Below are positions 8,907-18,700 of a stretch of 40,000 bases of DNA, one piece after another. The position numbers and the translations under genes were made by a program. The notes beneath the pieces were generated by a model, which did not search any database, was not told the origin of the DNA, and was given only the letters and a program-made list of their open reading frames with translations. Within the stretch, counting starts at the first letter, position 1, and every line of letters starts with the position of its first letter. The stretch spans positions 2,820,209-2,860,208 of the forward strand of contig CP070751.1 of NCBI GenBank assembly GCA_020348445.1, in the 5' to 3' direction. The DNA is from Thermoplasmata archaeon (GTDB taxonomy: Archaea; Thermoplasmatota; Thermoplasmata; GCA-020350865).

Positions 8907-9384
8907 CTATACCACACACCTTGCAACCTTACCGCGGTCTGTTAATATAAAGCCTCTCTTACGCTTTTCAGAAGTAATTATCACGAACAAAATTTCCTAT
9001 TAAAAAAAATAAATTTTTTATATAATAATACGCCCAAGAAATTTCTATCCAGAACAATAAATCCGATAAATTCCTTATTTTTATGAAATCATCCCTTATT
9101 ATGGCAGTTTTAAGGGTTATTTATAAAATCAAGCCTTAAATATATATAAATGTTCTATATGATAATTTAAATTGATAATACACAATTTCCCGTGAAAATC
9201 CCCCTTTTGGGCCCGAAAATCCAAAAAAAGCATAGAATCCTTTCCTTATGCAAATAAATCAAGGCAATACGTCAAGTGCTAAATTGGAGAAATAATTATA
9301 AAAAAAAAGTAAAAAAGGATAATTACTGCTGATGCAATTTCCATTCGAAAGGATTATCGGGATTTAATATCCAGTCTTTTTACC

Positions 9385-10236
9385 TCATCTTTGCTGTGGT
9401 AGGTAGGGTAATAGAGCTTGGACGAAGGCAGGTAAATGCCTGGTCTGCATCAGTATCTTGCCCGGGCCCACGAGGTCACTTACCAGACCCTCTCCAGAAA
9501 GGATCGTGGACTTCCAGCCGCCAACCCTGCGAACCGAGAACTGCATATTGTCGGGAAACGCCACCAAATGACCCGTATCCACCGAGAGAACCTCTCCCTG
9601 TCTGAGGTTCATCTCTATGATGCCTCCAAAGGAGGATGTCCACACGTTTCCTTGGCCTGATGCATGTAGCATGACGAAGTCCTTCTCTGAAAGAAAGCCC
9701 TTGAGGCCCTGCCATTTGGTATCCAGGTTGGTTTGGGGTGATGAGGCCAAATAGGCCCCGCTCTGAATTATCATTCCCTGCCTTGATACATCGATTACCC
9801 TGATGTCTCCCATGGTGGGTCCAACCAAGGCCAGCTCCCCTGGGCCCGTGGATGCTGTGAATGTATTTACAAAGAAGGACTCACCCCCAAGTGCAGAGGT
9901 CATGATACCCTTTAAAAGGCCTCCTTTTCTCCCGGCGGTCTTGATTTCCACGGTCCTGTGCATGTACATCATGGCACCTTTTTCTGCCACCACGCTCTGT
10001 CCCTGCTTCAGGTAGAATATCAGGGCTGTGAAGGATGGGGAATGAACAGTTTCGTACTCCAAATCTCCCCCCATAATACGCTGCCCGGGATTTCCAGTCG
10101 AGGGCTGGGGTTGATTGGGCGCCTGCGGTTGTTGTGCTCCCTGCAGTTTTTGGTATTGTCCGCAACTATTACAATACCACTGACCATATTGCTCAACAAA
10201 TCTCATTTGACTTCCACATTTTGGACATGCGCTCAT
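9385..10236 (-). CDS. TIGR00266/AIM24 family protein with N-terminal zinc ribbon
   Basis: AEKGAMMYM, GGESFFVNTF, QSGAYLAS, VDTGHLVAF, SGEGLV, GPGKILMQTR. N-terminal CPKC..WYCNSC and Q/P-rich linker. Confidence 0.88.
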   Translation of the reverse strand: MSACPKCGSQMRFVEQYGQWYCNSCGQYQKLQGAQQPQAPNQPQPSTGNPGQRIMGGDLEYETVHSPSFTALIFYLKQGQSVVAEKGAMMYMHRTVEIKTAGRKGGLLKGIMTSALGGESFFVNTFTASTGPGELALVGPTMGDIRVIDVSRQGMIIQSGAYLASSPQTNLDTKWQGLKGFLSEKDFVMLHASGQGNVWTSSFGGIIEMNLRQGEVLSVDTGHLVAFPDNMQFSVRRVGGWKSTILSGEGLVSDLVGPGKILMQTRHLPAFVQALLPYLPQQR

Positions 10237-10476
10237 CTTATCACCTCTTTCATATACGACGGTAATTGGTTCGTATGAAGTCTCAGAAACTGAGACTGTA
10301 TTACCTCACGTTTTAAGGATAATTTCCCTTCACCTTTATATGCCTATCCCTCTCTTTATCTGATATAGTAATATAATAAAATCACAAGCCCAAAATCTTT
10401 TTCTTATCCCAAAGTATAACCAACTGAACTAAGGGATACTCATGTTTGTTCAGACACGCACATCTGAGGTAGAAAA

Positions 10477-11421
10477 ATGAAGAACAAGAAGATAGTGATA
10501 ACAGGTGGTTTAGGGTTCATAGGCTCGAATCTTGCCCATTCTGTGTGTGAAGAAAATGAAGTCGTGATTCTAGACGATATATCATCAGGGAAATTGGATA
10601 ATATCCATGATCTGATAAAAGGAGAGCAGATTACCTTCGTAGAAGGAAACATAAGGGATCAAAAACTGCTTTCTTCCGCTTTCGAAGGAGCAGAGTATGT
10701 TTTCCATCTCGCGGCAATCCCCAGCGTAGCCACAAGTATAGAGAACCCAATTCTCACGACTGAGGTGAATCTGAGAGGGACCATGAATGTGCTTTTGGCC
10801 TCCCGCGATTCAAATGTTAAAAAGGTGGTTTTTGCCTCCTCTGCAGCCGTATATGGGAACTTAACCACTGTCCCTTTAACCGAGAATATGCCGCCTTATC
10901 CTGCATCACCTTACGGTGCCCAAAAATTGGGGGGGGAACATTACTTTCGGGTCTTTTACGAAGTTTACGGAATTGCCACCACATCGCTTCGATGTTTCAA
11001 TGTTTTTGGCCCAAAACAGGATCCCGAGTCCGAGTATTCCCCTGTGATTCCCAAATTCATCTTCAGAGTCTCGAAAAATTCCCCGCCTATTATATATGGC
11101 GATGGAATGCAAACAAGAGATTTTATTTATGTGGAGGATGTGGTCCGTGCCAATATTTTGGCTGCTGAGAACACCGCTTCCAATGGCAAAACCATCAACA
11201 TCGCATCAGGCAAGGAGACCTCAATCAATGATCTCGCCTCAATAATTGTCACACAAATGGGAAAAGAATTGGAGCCAGTGCATGCAGAGGCCAGGGATGG
11301 TGAAATTATCCGATCCTTTGCAGACATAACAGTCGCAAAACAACTTTTGGATTTTGAACCGGTTTTTTCCTTAAAAGAGGGATTGGAAAAAACAATCGAA
11401 TTTTTTAACAAAAGAACCTAG
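10477..11421 (+). CDS. NAD-dependent NDP-sugar epimerase/dehydratase (extended SDR)
   Basis: TGGLGFIG, HLAA, ASSAAVYG, YGAQK (YxxxK), RCFNVFGP, GDGMQTRDFIYVEDV. Confidence 0.92.
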   Translation: MKNKKIVITGGLGFIGSNLAHSVCEENEVVILDDISSGKLDNIHDLIKGEQITFVEGNIRDQKLLSSAFEGAEYVFHLAAIPSVATSIENPILTTEVNLRGTMNVLLASRDSNVKKVVFASSAAVYGNLTTVPLTENMPPYPASPYGAQKLGGEHYFRVFYEVYGIATTSLRCFNVFGPKQDPESEYSPVIPKFIFRVSKNSPPIIYGDGMQTRDFIYVEDVVRANILAAENTASNGKTINIASGKETSINDLASIIVTQMGKELEPVHAEARDGEIIRSFADITVAKQLLDFEPVFSLKEGLEKTIEFFNKRT

Positions 11422-11441
11422 CATTTGGACTCAAGGGAATC

Positions 11442-12623
11442 TCAATCCTCTGCTTTTTCTTTGAGCTCTTCTTCACCCTCGGATGGTGCATCAATTAATT
11501 CCCCGTTATCCTGCTCTTGTCCCTCCTTTGGACCCTCCTTTTTTTGGGCTGAATCCCCCTCCTCTTCATCATGGACCTCCTCTTTTTTTTCTGGGGTAAG
11601 TACCTTGAACATAACGGCCCAGAATATGCCCACCCATAGCATGAAGATGAATATACCTAAATTCGCATGTGTCCATCTAAGGGCTTCACGGCCGTAATGA
11701 CTTCCCACTGCCACGATGAGGGTCATCCTGAGTATATTGGCAAACCAGGCCGTGAAAATGCCCAATGTAAGAAGGCTCGCCACCCTGATATCAAATCGCC
11801 TGTACTCTATCAGAATAAAGGAAATAAAACCAGAGATAAATATGCTAACAGAATAAAGGCCAGTACACGATAAACCAATTCCTACCGGGCTCCAGGAGTA
11901 CCCGTCTACCTCCACCAGATTTTTATATACGATCCAAACGCCAGTTGTATTAAGATCGATTCCATTTACGATCTGCTGCGGTGGAACCGAATGTACAGAA
12001 GCCGGAATTCCCACGAAATTCAGCATGTCCGAGGTGGGCTTGGCAAGAAGCCAGTATACAAAGGGTGAATTGGTGTTCTCAGGTACTGGATTTAGTGTCA
12101 GGGGTAAAACAAGGATTACAAACAGGAATATGAAGAAGAGAAATACGAAATCCCGCTCCCTGTGAAACTTATCGGGTATGTAATTGTACAACATCATTGT
12201 GGCCCCAAGAAGTATCGTGATCGTATCGTTCACACCGATTTCAAAGGCCTCTCTGTAATAAAAGTTGAAGGCATAAACGAAAAGGATGAGGAGGGCACCC
12301 AGAACAGGAAGCAGTATATTCAACCTACCGTTGATGGTAAAAGCGGAAATAAGAATATCTGCCAGGGTTTTTCTTTCATGAATTATCTTTTTTTCTTCCT
12401 CCTTTTCACCAATTCCCACCTCTTCTTCCTCTTTTACCTTCTCTTTTTCCTCCTTTTCCTCTGTTTTTTTTCTTGCCGTGAAAATGAGTATGACAAGGCC
12501 GAGAATCATCAAAACAAGGCCGAACCACCTGGCCAGATATGTCAGTGTAATCGTTATTTCAAGGCCTGCAAGAAGCAGTATCAAACCAACAAGAAATCTA
12601 AATCTTTGAGAATCAAACCTCAT
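11442..12623 (-). CDS. Archaeosortase/exosortase family membrane transpeptidase
   Basis: About 8 hydrophobic segments and the Cys-Arg-His triad in family contexts: GLSCTGLYS, ANILRMT, WTHANLG. Start moved to ATG 12623. Confidence 0.85.
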   Translation of the reverse strand: MRFDSQRFRFLVGLILLLAGLEITITLTYLARWFGLVLMILGLVILIFTARKKTEEKEEKEKVKEEEEVGIGEKEEEKKIIHERKTLADILISAFTINGRLNILLPVLGALLILFVYAFNFYYREAFEIGVNDTITILLGATMMLYNYIPDKFHRERDFVFLFFIFLFVILVLPLTLNPVPENTNSPFVYWLLAKPTSDMLNFVGIPASVHSVPPQQIVNGIDLNTTGVWIVYKNLVEVDGYSWSPVGIGLSCTGLYSVSIFISGFISFILIEYRRFDIRVASLLTLGIFTAWFANILRMTLIVAVGSHYGREALRWTHANLGIFIFMLWVGIFWAVMFKVLTPEKKEEVHDEEEGDSAQKKEGPKEGQEQDNGELIDAPSEGEEELKEKAED

Positions 12624-12649
12624 ATGAATTGGACAATACTTATTAAGCG

Positions 12650-12656
12650 ATATAAA
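12650..12656 (-). promoter_or_regulatory. Putative TATA box for the archaeosortase (short or leaderless transcript)
   Basis: TTTATAT on the minus strand centred 30 nt upstream of ATG 12623, which has no RBS. Confidence 0.45.
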
Positions 12657-12688
12657 TATTGTTGCATCCAATTACCGCTTATGGCCAT

Positions 12689-12696
12689 AAAAAAAA
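12689..12696 (-). terminator. Putative oligo-T terminator of the giant surface-protein gene
   Basis: T8 run on the minus strand about 30 nt after the stop at 12728. Confidence 0.45.
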
Positions 12697-12727
12697 TAAA
12701 AAGAGATGGGGGGTTGCCCATCATATT

Positions 12728-15700
12728 TTATTTTTTCAGCATCAAGGTTGTGCCGCACTCACATGGTATCTGAAGGGGTCTTTGTGTAGAGGTCACTTCC
12801 GTTACTTTGCCGCACTTGGGGCATCTGACACGGGCGATCTCCTTGGGCTTTGCTTCCTTTTCCTCTTCTGAGGGTGGAGGCTGCTCTTCCTCGGTTTTCT
12901 CAAATGGCACTGGACCGGCTGCGGGTGGTGCTGGGCCTTTTGGTGCCTTCTTCCCCACACCTTCCTCCTTTTCGAAGGCTGCGAAGCTGGGTGCTCCTGC
13001 CGCTGCACCTCGCGGTTCTCTTCCTCCACCCCTTCTGCCAAGCGCAAGTCCCAGGATGAGGAATATTATGGCACCCAAGATCAATCCAATGCCCAGGCCC
13101 ATTAATCCGGCTCCAGAGAACACCGCGCCCACTCCCTCAAGCTCTTTTCCGGCTACCCTCACTGATTTGGTGGATTTTTCCTTATCTCTTGCGTCAGAAT
13201 GGTCCACCTCAACTTCTATTGATAGGGACTGGCCCTCCTTATCAGGTACCTCCCATTCGATGAATGCCTCTCCTGTTTCTCCATAGTCCAAATCTATACT
13301 CTTTGAGCCGATGGCCTTTCCAGCGTAAAGGAAAGTAACCGAGATATCCTCCGCATCTCCACCGTTGTTTACGATGTAGGCTGTTATTGTGATCTTATCT
13401 TTGGGCTCTGGGTTGGCTTTACTGAGGTTGACCTCCTCACCTACAAACGAGAAATCGGGTCTGAGATCCAAGAATATGGTGTCGTCATTGTTGCCCCTGT
13501 TGCTCTCCTCGATTGGGGTGGCCTCCACTTTGAGCTCCACTTGCTCGGCAACAACTGTCCATCTGAATGTGACGTTCTCATATTTACCAGATGATAATGA
13601 GGATATTGTTTTAGTCCCTCTGACGGTGATGCCCTCATAGAGTTTGACCTGGACGCTCTCAGCTGTACTTGTTCCCACGTTGCTGACTTTGGCGGTAATT
13701 TGAATCTGAACTCCAACCTCTGCCTTCAATTCGTCATCATCCCCAAGGCCTATGATCTCGTCAATAACCAGATCGGGTTTTATAACTGTTATCTTAATCG
13801 GTACCTCATTGGAATTCTTCGAGGGGTCCACATTGGATTCCAGTACCACTGTCATCGAGTAGGTGTCCTCATCGGCATCAGAGGGGACTGTAAACTCGAT
13901 TGTAAATGTGGTGGTTCCGCCGGGGTCCAAAGTGGTGGGAATGGTTGTGGGTGTGTACTCCCAATCAGATTCCTTTACTATGATCTTAACTGCACTTTCA
14001 TCCTGGTTGCCGTTGTTTGTAACCCTGAACGAGAATTTTGGGGATTTTTTGTTTGGATCATAGTCCTTTTCGGGCTCGCCGCTGCCCGAGTATTCGAGCT
14101 CTAGTTCCACATAATCTTCCACAGTGGTTGTAACCTGGGCCTCTGCGAAAGCATCCTCTGTGTTCAGGGACTCGACCCTTACGATTATGGCATATGGTTT
14201 ATTTGCTTCGGTTTCACCAGTGGTGGGTATCGTTACTCTGACGAGGATTTTCTGCCAGGAACCAGCGTCCAGTGTTATCTGCTTCCCTGGGATCGGGTAC
14301 TCATCGATATCAGTAATATTGCCCCATTCTTTATTTTCGCCATCCAATTCAATGGTAAAGGTGTCCTGGGCGTTGCCCTTGTTACGTATGTTCATATCAT
14401 AAACGATGACATCTCCTGGTTCACCTCTGTCAGATTGAGTATCGGGATCTATCTCAACCTCTGCCAAGGGTGTCACGTCGACTGTGAGTATTATGATCTC
14501 GCTGACACTGCGATCCTTATAGGAAGTGACTGTTACCTCTATGTCATATAAGCCTGCTACTGCCTTGGTCTTATCTGTCGTTACCTGGAAATCGGCATTT
14601 GTGGTATAAACACTGTCCACTTCAACATCAGGTGTCGTCAGGATAGAGGGAAATTGTGGGAACACGCTCTCATCGAAGTTCGAGACCCTGACTTCGAAGT
14701 AATCTACCTTTGTTCCATTGTTTCTTATCTCCAAGGTGAAATAGATTGCATCTCCTGGCTCTGCCTCTTTGGTATTGAAAGGCGCTGTGCAGGAGAGTAA
14801 GATGTCATAGATGGCATTTACTGTGGTGGTTGTGGTAAAGGATTGAGCTGTAACAGTACCCTTTTCAGATGATACCTTCACCTCCATTCCCAGTGGATTT
14901 TTTAATTCAACGAAATCATCGTCTTCTTGAGCCGGGATCGTGATTGTGAGTAATATGGTCTCGATATCTTCTGCACCCAGGGTAACCGATGATATCGGTG
15001 TAGCGGGATCTGAGGTCAAGGCAAAGGAAGCCCAGCTTTTCTGGTCTCCATCACCATCATCTGTCGTATCTGTGTCTATCTTGTCAAGAATGAATTTATT
15101 TTCAGCATTGCCTGTGTTCTTAATCCTGAATTGAAAGCTTACAGAGCCTCCCACATTTACTGCACTATCAAGGGACGTGGGTTCTGATAGTTCAAATTCA
15201 TAAACTTCATCCACTTCCACTGTAAACGGCACTGTTATATCATCGGTTCTATCCGATTCTATGGTGACATTGTTCATGTATTTTCCTGCCAGGGCAACAT
15301 CATTTTCTTCATGTATGACGAAGTAAAGTATTATTGTTGTACTTTCTCCAGCTCCTAGGGTGACAGATGTAGTGCTGAATTGAGATGATCCTTGTGCTTC
15401 CGGCCAACTTACATCACCCCAAATCAGTTTTGGCCTGAACGTATCAGAACCGGTTCCGGTATTTGTAATGGTAATACCATAGTCAATTTGGTCCCCAGGA
15501 ATACCTACTTGTGTCGTAATCGGATCCACCTCGAACTCATATATCGGGTTGATTTGTGTGGTTATTTGCTGCCTATCCTCTTCTGCATTGGGATCTTTGG
15601 GATCGGACGGTTGAACCGTGATATTGAAGTTTACAGAGCTAGGATCAATGTTCGGATATCCGATTTCGTCTCTGCCTGGAACTCTGATGGTGAATTTGAT

Positions 15701-18700
15701 TATTGCCTGTCCGCCGGAGGGTAACTCAATATGAGTTATATTTACGTTGTTGTAGGTTAAGGTAGTCCAGAATCTTTGATCACCCTCTATTACGGTGTCA
15801 TCCTCCACTGAGATGGAGATATTGTCATAATCGTTGCCTGCATTCTTTACTTTGATCTCATAGTAGGTCCATGCCCCGACATCCACTTTGGCTGAATCGG
15901 GGGTAATATCCACAATTTCGGCTGCAAAAAGTTTAGTCACAGTCATTGTGAGGTTCACGGTCGTTAGTACTTCGGTATTGCCCTGGGATTTGACCTCGAT
16001 CTCTATTTCGTAATCCCCAGGCGGGACAAGGGTTATATTCGAAGGTGTGGGAATTGCTATTTCCACCTCTACAAGTTGTTGTCCATCCTCGAGTATTTCT
16101 ACCGGATTCACACTAAAGGGATTGGTGTTGGCGGATTCCCAATAGCTCTCTATACCACCCGGTGGAGCCGTAAATCCTTTTACTAGCAGGTTGAATGTGT
16201 CTCCGTCCGGATCTGTTCCCTTGTTATATATCGTGATAGAGAATTTTTTACTCTCACCGGGAACACCTGACTGTGTGCCTGATGCTGAGACCGTGAATTC
16301 ATACACATGTTCAACATCGGTTGTAACATTGAGTGAATCAGCTGCCTTTTTTTCAGGATCATCCAGAGATTTGGCCTTTATTTCGATTCGGATGATACTA
16401 TCAGATTCAGTTTCCCAATAATCTGATGGTGGGGTTACATTGAAGAAAAATGATTCTGTTCCACCGGCTGAAGGGGAAATCTCGATTTTCTGGCCATTTT
16501 CTGTGGGGCTGTAATAAAGGAATCCGTACTGTGCATCGTCACCCTCTAGTGTTAATTCAATTGTATCGGGGCCGTTTCCGTCATTCTTGATATTTATCGC
16601 ATAGCTGACTGTTTCTCCCACATCTGCTTGTTTCTCGCTGGGGGAAGAGGTGAATTCCACCTTGTAAACCTGCCTAAGCTCTATTGTCAGCTCGGTAGTG
16701 GAGGATTTTGAGGGATCATTGAGGGATGTGGCTGTAATGTCGAAAGTATATACACCTGCCGGTGAGCCTTTGGATGTGTCAACATCGATATCGATTATGC
16801 CAGTTCCCCCTGCAGGAACATTGATACTACTAGGATTGATTGCATAATCCCAACCTGGTGGCAATCCAATTACTGTAAACTGATAAATGTCAGCGTCATT
16901 TCCATCATTATCAACAAAGCAGGTGAATGAAGCCGTGTCACCAGCATCAACGGTATCTTGAGGGTTGTCTGGATAGATGAACACATCATATGTTGCTTCA
17001 ACATTTGCATAGAATGTGTACTCAACGCTTACATCCCTGTCATTTTGGGATGTTACATTGATTATTATATCATAAAGAAGAACGTCAGTACCGTTGGGTG
17101 GACTAACCATTATATCTATGTATGCTGATTGTTGCACACCTACTATGACAGTGGTGTTAGTTGGATTCGATGGATTGATGGTAACCCAGAAGGCTTGGGA
17201 GCCAACTGCGATTAGGTCATAAGTATCCACATCTGTTCCTCTGTTGTCGATGCGAAGGCTGAACGTTACACTCTCACCGCCGCGCACATTCCTTTGATTC
17301 GGTCCATTAGTGCCAAGATTTATTTCATATCGTGGATTGACATGCACAGTGATGGGTTGTATTTCGTATGTTTCGCCGGATTCATCTCCATCAGATGATG
17401 CATTGAGGGTTATCAGGATGTCAGAAGTATCATGGTCGTCTTTGATTTTTACTGTGTAATTTACAAAAGTACTGTCTTCTGGATCAAGGGGGACTATGGA
17501 GAGTTCCCATTCACCAAGTTCTGTGCCTGAATGGCTTAAAATGATTTCATCCCTGTCATTGCCCTTGTTCTTTATTTCGATAACAAAGACAACTTCCTCA
17601 CCGGGATCGCCTGTTTTCTCATTTTGTGTGGTGAAAATCTTTACTCCGTATGTTTGCTCAATGTTAATGGTCAGTGTTATGTTCTCAATAACTTCATCGT
17701 TTGCACCCTGGGATTTAGCCAATAAGAAGAAATCCACAGGACTTTCATCTCTTGTGGCGAACTCATCAATTTCGACCTGATATACGATATATGTCGATTC
17801 GCCTGAGGCTAATGTCAAAGTGGGTGTTAGAATGGATCCCCAGCCCTTCTTGAGACCTTCATCTTCGAAATTGAAGATATCTTCTTCTGAACCTGTATTG
17901 GTGATATTGACGGTGAAATTAACTATCTCTCCCGGTTCTGCATCATAGATGTCCTGCTGCGGATTCATTATTATTTTTCTTGTGGCTGTAAGGGTTGTGT
18001 TGAGCCAAACATAATCAGTTGTGGGCGGAACTGTCGGATCTTCCATTGATTCAACTTCAACCAATAGGCTGTGCACACCGTCGTTCATAGCAGGATCGTT
18101 TTTGTCCTTTATTTGAACTGTTACAGTTAACAAATAAGAATCACCGCCTGGGACGCTGCTTATCAGATCCACGCTGGGATCTGCCCATCCTGTGCGGTCT
18201 CCACTCAATATCACCTGGAATGAATCAGGAGCCGTACCGAAGTTATGGACTTCGACAGTGTAGGTAACGTTAACATCTTCAGGGGCTTCCAAGGTCTGCT
18301 CCTTTGCTCCTGCTATTAGAACCTCATATCTGTCGGTAACTTGAGTATATGTTAATAATATAGCTTTTACGGTTTTTTCGGTTGTACTGTTGTCTGAGGT
18401 CACGTTCACCTGTATAGTATATTCACCTGGTGATACCCCTTCTGGTACTTGGACAGTGATGGTCACATTCTTGGTTTCCCCCGCAGCCAGTCCGAATTTA
18501 GCAGGCGATCTGCTGGCCCATGTCTTGGCCTCACCTACAGCCCATGTTCTTACTGTGTACTCGTCGTGCCCTGAACCCGTATTTTTCACATCGATATAAT
18601 ATCTGGTTGTTCCTCCTGCTGGTATTGAATTGGAGTCCGAACCTGTGGAAATAGAAACGTTATATGTTTGCTCTACCCTGACCTTCAGGGGCAGTTCGAC

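Noticed and set aside
12162-13286. Long alternative ORFs 12162..12773, 12807..13286, 12802..13047
   Set aside because: Overlap the archaeosortase or giant gene, mostly antisense. Explained by low-complexity, stop-poor sequence.
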